Of a stretch of 52,528 nucleotides of DNA, positions 22,566 through 35,649 are shown one piece after another. The notes below the pieces were generated by a model. It saw only the letters and a list, made by a program, of their open reading frames with translations, did no database searches and was not told the origin of the DNA. Both the position numbers and the translations under genes were made by a program. Origin of the DNA: Octopus bimaculoides (taxonomy: Eukaryota); assembly GCF_001194135.2 (NCBI RefSeq), contig NC_068982.1, positions 70,600,994 through 70,653,521 of the forward strand, read 5' to 3'. The number at the start of each line of letters is the position of its first letter. Position 1 is the first letter of the stretch.

Positions 22566-22789
22566 ACATAAGTAGTGTATAGAAAAGCATTGGGGAAGAT
22601 TTGATTGCTATTTTTAGCTGGTCAAGCGACCACGTAGAGAATCTCCGGTTGGCTCATATATTCGGGGTGATACTATACAAATAAAGCTGAGAGTTCGCAT
22701 GCGCGATAAAAATGTACTTCAAAGGTTATCTGAGATTATCAAAATGGATACGTTCGATTCAACGAAATAATTCTTTTTAATTTATGCAC

Positions 22790-22975
22790 AAGGTCAGCAA
22801 TTTGAGGGAGAGGCTAAGTTGATTACATCAACCACCGAACTTTATTTTATCCACTCCAAAAAATGAAAAGTAAAATATTCTCGGTGGGATTTGAACTCAG
22901 AACGTAAAGAGCCGGAAGGAATGCTGCTAAGCATTTTGACTGATATGTTAACGATTCTGCCAACTCGCAACCTTT
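22790..22975 (-). mobile_element. SINE family A
   Basis: GGATTTGAACTCAGAACGTAAAG...CTAACGATTCTGCCA-like reverse complement. Confidence 0.75.
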
Positions 22976-23259
22976 ATTCAAGGAAATAATGAGCAAGATA
23001 TTAGACAACATCAAGTGGGGAGTCTAGAGTTACTCCTTAATCATCAGTACCTCCAGATCCGCACTGGTTCGGAGTAGTAGTATCTATCAAGGACCCCAGA
23101 TATGGGTCAATTAGGAAAAGATAGTCCTTTGACAAAGACATAAAGAATTTGGAGGAGGGCTACTCCTAGACATGTATCACATAGGCCCAATGATGTATGG
23201 ACATGGTCTTATGTTACATGAACCAGTTGCCTCTTTTTTATTAGCCTGGTTCCAATCTG

Positions 23260-23430
23260 GGCAGCGGCAACAAAGACCATCTGCCACACTTCTCCTGTCC
23301 AATATCACTGCCTTGAGATCCTGGATACATTCCAGGCCAGTGTCTGCGATGAAGTTGCCTATGTGTTACGACGTTTTCCTCTCCTTACATCACCATCGCA
23401 AGACTAATTTGGATGCTTCCAGTTCAGGGT
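23260..23430 (-). mobile_element. RTE-type LINE 3' fragment (same family as 43160-43350)
   Basis: Shares CGCAGACACTGGCCTGGAAT(G/A)TATCCAGGA; encodes a DTGL..L..M.DR..W-like terminus. Confidence 0.65.
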
Positions 23431-23519
23431 AACGTACGCAGTGACCACATAGTCGCAGCTGTCTTTGCCTGATGTTCTGGCTAACTGTCGGCAGGCCTCA
23501 TAACATCTCAGATCTTAGT

Positions 23520-23745
23520 CTTGAGGTGTATCGTAAGAGTTAAATCAAAACCGCTACATACTATTATAACCTTCATGGACTTCATCAAAACGTTTGACAG
23601 CATCTATTGTGACAAAATGTCGAAAATCCTTTGAGCATATGGCATTCCAGTAGAATTAGTTCTTGCCATTTCAATGATCTACAAGAAAACCAGAGCTTGT
23701 GTGTTGTCATCTGACAGAGAAACGGAATTCTTTCAAATATTTCAG
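23520..23745 (+). mobile_element. RTE-type RT fragment
   Basis: FMDFIKTFDSI..KMSKIL*AYGIP..AISMIYKKTRACVLSSDRETEFFQI. Confidence 0.75.
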
Positions 23746-23784
23746 TCGCATCTGTCAAAGCGTTAAGTAAAAAGAAAAGGTAAA

Positions 23785-24030
23785 ATTACCTTCTCGAGTC
23801 ATACCGACTGATAAGGGCCGGTTTCCTGATTTCCATGGTATATAAATTCCCTACTTGGACAGAACGCTAGTCCATCGCAGGATCATTCATTTTTGCCAGC
23901 TGAGTGGACTGGAGCAACGTAAAATAAAATGCTTTGCTCAAGAACATAATGAATCACCCGGTCCAGGAATCGAAGCCACAATCTTACGATCAGGAGTCCA
24001 ACATCCTAACCACTAAGCCACGCGCCTTAA
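23785..24030 (-). mobile_element. tRNA-derived SINE, third family; related head at ~26697-26990 (+)
   Basis: Minus strand GGCTTAGTGGTTAGG (A box), GCTTCGATTCC (B box), GTTCTTGAGCAAAGCA and CCTGCGATGGACTAGC. The last recalls the V-SINE central domain (from memory, unverified). Confidence 0.7.
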
Positions 24031-24592
24031 CAAAGGGTTAAGTAGGCTCTATGCCTTAAGGGTAAGCTCGGAAGGGCGGGAGACGAGCAGAGTGAGCTCT
24101 CAATAAACCAGCAGACGGTAACAGAAAACCACTGCTTTGTTTATTGCTAAGAAAAATTATAAATCTTTTGAGTGAGTAGCAGGCTCAACCGTTAACATGT
24201 TCGACAAAATGCTTTGCAGCATTCCTTCTGGCTCTTTAAGTTCTTATTTCAAATCTCGCTGAGGGTCAAGTTTGTCTTTCGTTCTTTTGGGGGTCGATGT
24301 AATCGACTTGTCCCCTTCCCTCAAAACGGTTGGCACCCTGCAACAAACCGCCGTCCCATTCAGGAGAATATTGTGATCCCGATCACTTATGGAAATTGGG
24401 TAACCGACCTTATGAATGTTAGGGCTCAAGAAAAATTTTTGAAAAATGAAGGTCCATGACCACTGACACCTGTAAACATGGCACATGAAGAGAATGATTA
24501 AAACAAATGCTACAATTGTAGAGATAAGGGACTAGGCGAAGTATTTGGTGTTGTGTTTTGGAAATAAAGCGCAGCAGGGAAGTAATGAGGTA

Positions 24593-25618
24593 CGAAGTGG
24601 TATCAAAAAGTTCCAGGAGTAGTTCTGTAACGCTGCCAACAGACAGCATAACACGGTTGTGTGCGCAGTTAGAGCGAGCAGTGACCTTCATGAGGCAGTG
24701 TGCCGAGTGACATCGCTGTGTTTACTTCGCAAACTGTAAAATTTGTGTTTTTGTGATCACATGGTGTATGCTGTAGTCTGCGATTTTGTCATGGACCAGA
24801 ACAAAAAGCCAACATGAAATTTTGCGTTAAACTTGGGAAGTCTGCTATAGAGACATTGAGGATGCTTACGGTGACGAGGCAATGAGTCGTACGCAATGTT
24901 TCGAGTGGCACTGGTGCTTCAAAAGCGGAAGGACATCCCTGGAAGACGATGAGCTATCTGGAAGACCTGCCGCGAGAATCACCTCCGGATCTGTGGGTTT
25001 GTGCATCGAGAATTCGTCCCCCCCCCCAGGGCCAGGCTATTAATCGAGACTCTGCTCGTCTCATGCCCTTCTGGAAGACCTGCCGCGAGCATCACCTCCG
25101 TATGTGTGGATTTGTGCATCGAGAATTCGTCCCCCAGGGCCAGGCCGTTAATCGAGAGTTCTACTGCAACGTTTTGAAGCGTTTGAGGAAGGACATTCGG
25201 TGAAAGCGACCGGATCTGTGGAGCGTGAAGAATTGGATTCTTCACGATGACAATGCACCCTGTCACTGAGTTCTCCTTACTCGTGAGTTTCTCGCCAAAA
25301 ACATAGTATCGCTTCTACACCGACCCCATTCGCCAGATTTAGCACCTGCGGCTTTCCATCTATTTCCCCAAGATGAAAATGTAGCTCAAAGGTTGCCGTT
25401 TTAACACCGTTGTCGAAATCCAGAGCGAATCACAGAAAGTCCTCAACTCGCTTACGGAAAACGATTTCCACGCCGGATTCCAAAAATGGCAGGAACGCTG
25501 GGACCGGTGTATTGCTGCGCAAGGTGACTATTTCGAAGAAGATGATGTTAAAACGTAGATAAATATGTTTTTTTTTTATAAAACATAGCTAGACTGGGAA
25601 CCTTTTGATACCACCTCA
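24593..25618 (+). mobile_element. Internally deleted mariner transposon, 1026 bp
   Basis: TA on both flanks; imperfect TIR CGAAGTGGTATCAAAAAGTTCC vs TGAGGTGGTATCAAAAGGTTCC; transposase remnants KFCVKLGKS..CFEWH..SLEDDE.SGRP, WILHDDNAPCH, HSPDLAP, WQERWDRCIAAQGDYFE*. Confidence 0.92.
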
Positions 25619-26236
25619 TACACAACTTATATGTTCAAAGGGGCAAGAACTGCATAGTAACTGATAAGAGAAACCAGGGTAGGATAAAAAGCGTCAGCAT
25701 AAGCGTGTGTTAGAGATTAAACGCTGCCCAATCAGTCGAATGGCCTTTGAGGCGTGGGTTGTGTTTTAGAATATTTTGACTTTATCTTATAATATCAAAA
25801 AGAAGCGTTTGAACAAAATCAGTTGAAAACGACTAGTTTGGCCGTTGCAGCTTCGATTATAGGTGTGATTACAAGAAGGGGATGCAGTATAGCCGACTGG
25901 TTAAAAAGTCCGAAGTTCGCTTCGCCATCACTAGGTCTCAGATTCAACCCAAGTTTTACGAGTGAATGAATTGATGGCAACTGTGAGGAAGCCCATCAGA
26001 CGGATCCTGCTTGTAATTCAAAGGTGCACTCTTGTCACGCACTATGTCAGTTAATTCTGTCTGAGGATTACGCTAATGGTGCACTTGTCTGTGGAATACT
26101 CAGCCAGTTTTTTCGCTGATTCAATGAGCAAGTAACTCAGTTGATTAAACAACTAAATCCTCATCGCATTTACTGACGGGGATTTACTTATTTGGTTACC
26201 ACGAGAGATCAGAGATTGCGAGAGATTAGCATATAT

Positions 26237-26416
26237 ATCTATCCTCGTTTATCACGGGTGTTTTGTTTAAAGAAAACAATCACATTGTTAAACGAATCAG
26301 AATCTTTGATCACCGACCCTTGTTATCACGGACCAATTTGTGATAAGCGTAACACGGTTCACAATGAGCGTTCCGCGGATCAGTGATGAATGAATCAGTG
26401 ATAAACGAGAACAGAT
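26237..26416. mobile_element. Probable Tc1/pogo(Tigger)-like MITE
   Basis: 19-bp inverted repeats ATCTATCCTCGTTTATCAC / GTGATAAACGAGAACAGAT (17/19) in TA-rich flanks. Confidence 0.45.
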
Positions 26417-27706
26417 GTGTAAGGATTTTAGTGTAAGGGTCGGTGAATTGTGATTTGCCTTGATTTCTGTAGATATTGTTTTTTAAAGCTGTTAATGGAG
26501 GCTAGAATATCGTGTTTCCATTGGAATGTGTTTGCGGTGTGGTGGGGGTCAGGTCTTGGTGAATGTAATATATATCTGATCCAAAGTGACGTCAAATATG
26601 TGGCTGTCACTTATGAGCGAAAAGCTATTGAGGAATGAAGAGCGATAACATCTGCGAAGACATGCGTTCAGCTGGAAGCAACCATCCTTTATGTCGAAGG
26701 CACATGGCCTAGTGGTTAGGATGTTGCACTCACGATCGCGAGATCGTAGTTTCAGTTCCAGAATTGTATGGTACTTTTTGTTCTTGAGAAAAACACTTCA
26801 TCTCACGTTGCTCTGCGATCGCTTTGACACTAACACCATGAACCTGTTCAGGAAACGTTTGATTTGATGGAAGGAGCAAGCTAATGTACAGCACATACAT
26901 TTGATCACTACAAACAAATCATTTGTGCAGGTCGTTCAACAAAAAAACTGCAGGACCGTCTTTCTCGGACTACGAGAGACTATCATCAGCATCAGTAATT
27001 CTTAAAACATTAGGGTTTTATTGCGCTTTGCTGCAAGTCAACTCAACTCGAGCTAACCTTTGACTAAACCCGGTGTTCTCGGGTATATACACGGTGGGTT
27101 TCCGTCGTTCAGTGATGAGGATTCAGTTGTTGATCATTGGATTAGCGTGTAAGTGACTGAGTATTCCCCTGACACGTTGTATCCGTAACGTAATTCTCAG
27201 GTGTTATCAATATGACACAATGTATAAACAAGGTTGTACCTTTTAAATTACTGGCATAATCCATCCGACGGGCTTCTTTACTGTTTCCAGCTGCCCACTT
27301 TCACTTACCCGAAGCTATAGAAAATAATATTTTCCCATGATGTTATATAATGGGGTCGAAATCGAAACCGGGTGACCACGAAACGAACTTCAGCCATACT
27401 GCACACTAACAACTGAATTCTCATCGTCGAACAAAAGAAACCAACTACATATTTCCGAAAACACCAGGTTGGTCACGACCGGAATGCCTTTGGTCCCAGG
27501 TTAGCTCGATTGAGGTTGAAATTATCGAAATAAGACAATTTTTTACATGAAATAAATTCGAATACAAAAATATTTTTCTGTTCTATAACACAAAATAGAT
27601 AAGTATACGAAGTTTGAAAGTCTTTCCGTACCAAAAACACTACGTAAAACATTAATGAAAAATGTGGCCCCCGTTTTAAAATAGATCCCTTTTGTCGCTC
27701 TCTGAT

Positions 27707-28479
27707 NNNNNNNNNNNNNNNNNNNNNNNNNNNNNNNNNNNNNNNNNNNNNNNNNNNNNNNNNNNNNNNNNNNNNNNNNNNNNNNNNNNNNNNNNNNNNN
27801 NNNNNNNNNNNNNNNNNNNNNNNNNNNNNNNNNNNNNNNNNNNNNNNNNNNNNNNNNNNNNNNNNNNNNNNNNNNNNNNNNNNNNNNNNNNNNNNNNNNN
27901 NNNNNNNNNNNNNNNNNNNNNNNNNNNNNNNNNNNNNNNNNNNNNNNNNNNNNNNNNNNNNNNNNNNNNNNNNNNNNNNNNNNNNNNNNNNNNNNNNNNN
28001 NNNNNNNNNNNNNNNNNNNNNNNNNNNNNNNNNNNNNNNNNNNNNNNNNNNNNNNNNNNNNNNNNNNNNNNNNNNNNNNNNNNNNNNNNNNNNNNNNNNN
28101 NNNNNNNNNNNNNNNNNNNNNNNNNNNNNNNNNNNNNNNNNNNNNNNNNNNNNNNNNNNNNNNNNNNNNNNNNNNNNNNNNNNNNNNNNNNNNNNNNNNN
28201 NNNNNNNNNNNNNNNNNNNNNNNNNNNNNNNNNNNNNNNNNNNNNNNNNNNNNNNNNNNNNNNNNNNNNNNNNNNNNNNNNNNNNNNNNNNNNNNNNNNN
28301 NNNNNNNNNNNNNNNNNNNNNNNNNNNNNNNNNNNNNNNNNNNNNNNNNNNNNNNNNNNNNNNNNNNNNNNNNNNNNNNNNNNNNNNNNNNNNNNNNNNN
28401 NNNNNNNNNNNNNNNNNNNNNNNNNNNNNNNNNNNNNNNNNNNNNNNNNNNNNNNNNNNNNNNNNNNNNNNNNNNNNNN
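27707..28479. other. Assembly gap
   Basis: N run. Confidence 1.
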
Positions 28480-28662
28480 ACGTAGTACATGAACAAGGTA
28501 AAAAAAAAATGGTATTAATTTACAAAAGGATTGTTTTTAATGTTTCACCGCTCGAAGGGAGAGAACAGCTCATGTCTCTAATAGAATTGGGTCAGATGAA
28601 GTATTTCGAGCCGTCACGAAGAATCCGTAAAAATTCTGACAGGTCAGAAAGCTACGAAATAG
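28480..28662 (+). other. Candidate 5'UTR exon of the glycosyltransferase gene
   Basis: Strong donor AG|GTGAGA at 28663 in CpG-retaining unique DNA; the downstream CDS exon has an acceptor, so an upstream exon is expected. The link is inferred. Confidence 0.3.
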
Positions 28663-28869
28663 GTGAGACTCGGTATTATATTTTCTACCTGCTAATGGCT
28701 TTTTACCTTTCTCTTTGTGTTCTATTTACGCCAATATTGGGATTTTAATCTCACCAACAATTATGTTTCACTTTTTTTTTTTTGAGGTCGCTTGAAACAA
28801 GTAATTATATCGAATGTGATTTATATAATGTAAAGTAATCGATACATGTATATTTAGTAAAAGATTAGC

Positions 28870-28905
<36 letters not shown>

Positions 28906-30899
28906 TTATTCAAGTATTTTTTTTGTCTGCCTTTCGCAATCTCGAACCGGCAGTAATAATATAAGTACGTGTTATAAATCTTTCTTTCTGGCTCTGCCTA
29001 CATGGCCCCCGATAGCTAGCTATTGTTGTTTAGCTCCGTGTTAATCTCTATGGAGCTGATCTGCGATCTAAGGCATTCCGGCCATGACCATCCTGTGTCT
29101 TTAAGGATATACGTGTCCACATTACCTGCCTTTTATATAATATTGCATGATATGATTTGAGAAAGATTTTAGCTGCTATTTCTAATAAATCGAGTGATCA
29201 CGCAGAGTTTCTCGTCTTGGTTTACGCCCGCCTCTCTCTTGCTCGCTACACACTCATATGATGTAGAACGTTTCATTAAGTTACTCTACATAGTCTTTCG
29301 ACCTGTTATGAATAACCGCAGAATCTCTCTTAAATCACAACCTTACCGTAATTAAATATCAGATAAGATAACGCTGCCGTACATATCTTTCAAACTATGG
29401 CCTTGCCATGCATGTTACAGAAGTAATACCTTGGGCTGTGGGTTTACGTGCGTTAGGTGAGCGTGCCACAATCACCGCGCGTGGTTAAATTTATCAAATT
29501 TATCTAACGGTGTATGAACTGAGAAAGAAATACTTTATGTCAGTTTGAAGTCCTATTAGGTTCAGCACAGTATCGCGACGCCCATAACAAAATGACCACC
29601 ATATGCCAAGCCAGCATGGGTGCGACTATATTCGCTCGACCTTCTTGAAGTAGTAGGCTAAAATGTTTTAAATCATACTTTACAGGCTTAGAAAAAGAGT
29701 AGAAAAGGATTTTTTGGATGATGCGGCCCCATTGTGCTCTGCGTATAACAAAAAGACAGGATAGTCACCGCTGATTTGCCTTTATTATCGTCTACTCAGT
29801 AAGAGCTAGCTTGGAGTTAACCATACGCCAAAGAAATCTCTATCTCTCTGTAAGCAGCGCAGGGGATACTAAAGCTAATATATGTGTATGTGTGGTATAA
29901 CACCAGATTGGTCCCCTGTCAACGTTATTTCCTCATAACTTTCTTAATACTTACGTTTTAATGGAATTTTCCGGGATTACGATTATGTCGGAAAAGGAAT
30001 TTACCTATTTTTTCCTTTTTTAGGAAGAGTGGCTAATCATTTTTCTTCTCCAATATGACTTAGGCACTTTTCATTTTTAATTTTTATTATTCAGAACATC
30101 AACACTACGTCGTCTACTCGAAAATATCATTTAAAAACGTATTATTTACAAAAAAAAATGCGTTTTAACCCGCTGCTTGTCCAGAGCATTTTCATAAGTT
30201 TGTCTTAAACGGCCATGTTTGTTTTCAGACTTTAGAATTAGTCCTTGTTTTATATGTTCTGAGTAATATAGAGCCTTCCTCTCATAAGTTCCAAGTAACT
30301 CTAATGGTTGAAAAAAATTGGAAATGTGTGTCGCCTAGAAAATATGTTCTGTGCATCCATGTGTGATGAATAAATAAATAAATAATGTATGTTATCAATG
30401 TAATCGTAACTTATCTCTGCAAAATCTCATTTAAAATATGCATTTTAAAGAAAGTTGTGAGGAAACAAAGTCGGTTGGGGCACTTAACTGTAGTTATGCG
30501 AAAGAAAACAGATACTTTAATTAAGGTAGTCATAGATGTACTATGTATGAAAAATTATACTTCTGCAAACATGAATGTATGCAAGCTTGTGTGCATTACA
30601 TATATATATATATATATATATCTTCTTCTTCGTCGTTTAACGTCCGCTTTCCATGCTAGCATGGGTTGGACGATTTGACTGAGGACTGGCTACACCAGGC
30701 TCCAGTATATATATAGTATATTTTATAGGAATTTAAAAGTTATACCCAGTCATTGAGTCACCATTGGTTTCATACCTATAAAGCACTTAGCAGTAAAGGT
30801 GACTTGTCAGATTCAAATGGCTGAAGGCACATGACCCCTCTAAAAGCCAGAGGAAGAACTATTTAATGGTCAGTTGATTTTGTAAACAAAAGATAATTG

Positions 30900-32420
30900 T
30901 CCATGCTATGGGTGAAACATATATGTATATGTACAAGTTCAGGCTATTGAACATAGAGAATGAATGGCAGGGATTCTCCCCCATGTGAACCCAACAGAGG
31001 GACCAGCTATCACAGTTGGCAACAGTATGATAGGTAAGACAAAGATATGAGGACAAGGAAAGTCCCTGGTCCATCATTGCTGAGATGCTTAAAATATATG
31101 GTAGAGTAGGATACAGTCTAGTCACCTGTGTAGTTAATCAGGTTATTCAGGAAGGTGTAATCATCTGTGACTGGTGTAGCAACATCATAGTTAGCTGCTA
31201 CAAGGTTAAAGGATGTGCTTTAGAAATAATTATAGGGGCATCAAATTGCTGGACCAGGTGATGACTGATACAGAGAGAGTTATAGCCCAATTAATTAGGA
31301 ACTGAATTAGACTAGATGAAATGCAGTTTGGCTTTGTGCCAAGGAGAAGCATTACTGCAAGAGAAATATTTAACCAAGAATAAAGCCATTGTACTTGGCA
31401 TTTGTTGATCTGGAGAAAACCTTCGACAGGATGCCTCGCTCTGTGATATGGTGGTCTCTGAGGAAGCTGGGGGTAGATAAATGGCTTGTGAAAGCAGTAC
31501 AGGGATGCTGTTGGTAAGGTAAGAATTAAGCACGAATGCAGTGGTGAATTTAGTGTATAAGTAGGTGTTCATCAAGGCTCAGTCTTCATCCCACTCATCA
31601 TCATCCGTAACAGGGGAATTTAAGATCAAAAGCCCATGGGAATTATTATATGCTGATATGTCAATTTGAAGTCATAGTAGAATCTGTAATGGAACTAGAA
31701 AAGAAACACCAGATGAGGAAGCAAAACCTGGAATCAAAGGGCCTTAAAGTTAACTAAGCAAAGACCAAGATCCTAGTAAGCAAGAAATCAGACAGGACCT
31801 TACCCATTTCAGGTAAATGGCCTTGCTTGATATGTAGGAAAAGTGTAAGCAGGAATTCTATTCGGTGAATCCAGTGCAAGTTATGGACACACAAGAAGTG
31901 CAGTGGTCTAATAGGAAAGTTAACAGAGAAAGTGTTGTTTGTATGTGGAAGGAGCCATAACGTCTACAGTTACATGACAAATTGACTTTCTCAAATGCCT
32001 CAGAGACTCTCTAGAAGTAGGGAATAACTTCTGTTACCTTGGTGACCAAATTAGCAGTAGAAAAGGATATACTGAAAGTGTAATTGCTAGGATAGGAATA
32101 GGATGGAGACAGTTCAGAGAACTTTTACCTCTGTTGGCAACCAAAAGTCTCTCTCTCAGTGATACAAACAGCAATGCTACATGATAGTGAAATATGAGCC
32201 CTGAATGTAGAGGACATGCAAAGGTTAGATAGGAATGAAGCAGTAGTATATTGAAAGAAAAGTTAGGCATAAGAGGAATTAGTTGCAATGTGCAAGAGAG
32301 AAGACTGCACTGATGTGGTGATATGATGCATATGGATGTGGACTGTTGCATAAAGAAGTGCCAATCACTTAAAATGGATGGAACTTGTGGAAGAGAGAGA
32401 CCCAGGAAGACTGATCTCAA
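30900..32420 (+). mobile_element. Decayed RTE-clade LINE (RT region with PHD-like insert)
   Basis: NYRGIKLL, LDEMQFGFVP, AFVDLEKTFDR, VGVHQGS, WELLYAD, GLKVNLAKTK, FCYLGDQI; many stops and frameshifts. Confidence 0.9.
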
Positions 32421-33849
32421 GACACTGCTTTGCAAAGTAGATGACAAAGAACCAAGATATTTGGCACCTTGTTGTATTCAAGAGGACTTGTCCACCACAG
32501 GAGTATTGATATCCTAAAACCACCTTAGTAATGCTTGTCCATGAGGGTATCTGCTCTACCCCCACCTTCATCCTCTCTACCCTGTCAACCATCTCTCCCC
32601 ACATTACATCCCTTAACACCCATCACTTTCTCTATCACCTGAGAGTAGAATAGGCACATACTATATCCCATGGCTTTCTTAATTACCTTTCTTCCCTTAC
32701 CTCAAGCCACTTCCATTTCCAACTGTCTTCCCCTGCCTACTGTCTCCACTAATCACCTCCTTTCTGTTATCACCCTCAATGCCCTCATATATCTACTGTA
32801 ACCCCTGCCCCCAAAGACTCACCTATATTTGTCTCCATCATTTGCTAGTCACCTCATCCTGTCCACTCACCCACCCCAGACCTCCATATCACCACACTTC
32901 TTCTCACTATCTCCAATGTCCCTCGAGAGCATGTCCCAACACATCTTTTGCCATCATCTTTCTCTCACTATCACTCTGTATCTCCAACTCACTCTTCTTT
33001 CCTTTTCAACCAGGGTATCTATGTGTCTACTCTACAGCAAGATACCTATATCTGTTGCTCTATATCTTAACCCTTTAGTGTTCAGATTAATCTGTCAAAT
33101 GTAAAATGCTTATTTGTTCACATTATTTTGAATTATTCAGGTTCAAGGGTTGGGGGTCCACAATATTTGCTTGTAACTGTTAATTTTTTACATACAAATT
33201 TGAAATTTTGAGTGGGTGCTTGTATACCAGTGGTTTATAATTATGTAAATTTAGCTGATCTTGCTGATTAAATTTGACTTTTATGGGAAGGTAAATTTAA
33301 TTAACGGGTGTAAAAGCAATAACATTATGTATAAGCACTAAAATTGAAATTCTTAATGCAACTTACCTGTTTGATTTGTTACTAAAACTATCCCAGATGT
33401 CAACCACCAACAATTTTGCCAATTTTCAGGATGAGGTACATCATCATCATCATCATCATCGTTTAACGTCCGCTTTCCATGCTAGCATGGGTTGGACGAT
33501 TTGACTGAGGACTGGTGAAACCGGATGGCAACACCAGGCTCCAGTCTGATTAATTTGAATTAATTAAAATACAGGTATAATCAGCAAAAGATTTTATTTT
33601 TTTCTCTATATTTTATTCAAACATTTTCATTGAAAATTAAGTACAAAACTCTTTTACTAGTCAGTATACCATTGACTATATACTCTTATACAATTTAATG
33701 AATACATTTACATAACTGAATGCATCTAATAAAAAAAGTTCATTAGCAGGTGAGAAAAAGATGAGTACAAGTGCGTAACATACTGAAAATTAATATGTAT
33801 TTCTCACTTTCACATATTATTTGTAATAAAATGAAAGGAATATATGATA

Positions 33850-34710
33850 GTATTACTATCAAACAACAAAATATAGTTATGCATATTCCTATTGTGAAAC
33901 TGTCCAAAACACCCTTTACACAAGGGCACTTTGCAAAACAAACTCATATATGAGGTCTCGACCTGATATCTTTTTGCAGCAAACAGTCTGCAAATTTTTT
34001 CCATTTTATGGAAGTCAATATTTTTTCTGTTGACATCTGCCTCAGTTAAATTTGTTTTTCTCCTAGTTCTGTGCTTTCTGGAAGAAAAGCCTTCACATAA
34101 CTGAGTTGCAATGTCAACCCAAAATTTCAAATGGTCGTTGTCCTTTGGTGGTGGAGGTACCTTGTGGCTTTTTACGTAATATATGAATTAACTATAGTTA
34201 GACATAATGCTGGAGATATATGGATCACCATACCTTATATCAGGACTCCAGTAATTCCTCAGTCGAGGAAGCTGCTTGATACCAAACATAATGTTCATGG
34301 TAAAAAAAGCTCGCATTCCTGCAGTATCAGTTGCTGCCATAGTGGATTGGGTCTTCCACAAATAGAAATTATGTGTTGAGCATTTGTTTTCTCCACGACA
34401 GCTTCACAAAAACTTTTTGATAAAAATAAAAATTATAGTGCAATGGTTGAGCATCAGGAGGTTACACTGTGTTGTGGACTAGTCTTTTCTGTGAAATCAG
34501 GAATTGTGAAATATGTAGTAATCTTCAACCATGTTGCGATAATGTTTTCAATATAATTTTCATCAATTTCATTATCAAAATCTTCCTTGTCCGACAAAGA
34601 TTCATAAATATCAATATCAGATTTGTCTGAAGACAAATCACTGTTGTTTGCATTTAATATTTTATACATCATCAAGAGTAAAATCTTCAAAGTTGGAACT
34701 GCCATATGCT
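33850..34710 (-). mobile_element. Internally deleted piggyBac-family (PGBD4-like) transposase remnant
   Basis: Acidic N-terminus; VVEKTNAQH; MRAFFTMNIMFGIKQLPRLRNYWSPD..PYISSIMS; then directly FWVDIATQL and the Cys-rich C-terminus ..TSYMSLFCKVPLCKGCFGQFH. DDD core absent; TIRs not identified. Confidence 0.8.
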
Positions 34711-35649
34711 GACACCAAATTGTTAAAAACTAAGATATACACTTCTCTGCAAATGTTGAAAAAAACCAAGTAGTCTCAAAAATTTCATAGTATTTTTATT
34801 TGAATAAAGGCAGAAAAGGCTTTACTTCACATTATCTCGAAGCAACAAGAATTCAAAAACATGACTTATTTTTTTAGCAGTTTTATAGAGGAATCAGATA
34901 TGGCTGCATTAAAAGGTACTAGTGATGGTGTCATGCAAAAAGCACTGGTCATGGTGCTACATAAAAAGCACAGGTGCTGGTGCCACATAAAAAGCACCCA
35001 ATAAACTATGTAAAGTGGTTGGCATTAGGAAGAGCACCCAGCTGCAGAAGCCATGCCAGAACAATGGAACATGGTGCAAGTCTAACCTTGCCAGCTTCTC
35101 TCAAACTGTCCACGCCATACCAGCATGGAAGACATGTTAAACAATGGTAATAATATACAGAGAGTATCGTTTTTTGCAGTCAGTTATGAATTTAGAAAAA
35201 GATGTATAGCTCATCAAAGAAAATCTGTATTTGAAAACAAATAATCTTGAGAATCTTTTTATCATACTTAGTCAATGAATCCACTTTTAACATCAAAGGC
35301 TGCTTCAATACAGGTTCAGAAGCATCTATATGTCCAAATCAGATGATCTTTATCAGTTTTGGACATAGTGCTGGTTATGGGGGTATTAATTGACCTCTTT
35401 CAACTATACTCCCTACATAATAGCTAAGAGGCCATGTGTCTGAGTGAACATGATCATGGAGATTGGCACACATCCATGCTTGGGTTATCATAACTTAATG
35501 AGATGGTGCAGAGTCTTGTTGGAAGACGTACGGTCTTCTGTTGCATGCTCTGTCTATGCAAGGCCTCAACACTTTATCCAACACTTTTGTGTAGACAACA
35601 ACATTGACTCTTAAGCCCTTTGAAAAACGTGTGTGTGTGTATATATATA

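Noticed and set aside
27543-28496. ORFs spanning N-gaps (also at 11180-11920 and 51522-52101)
   Set aside because: Their length comes from X residues.
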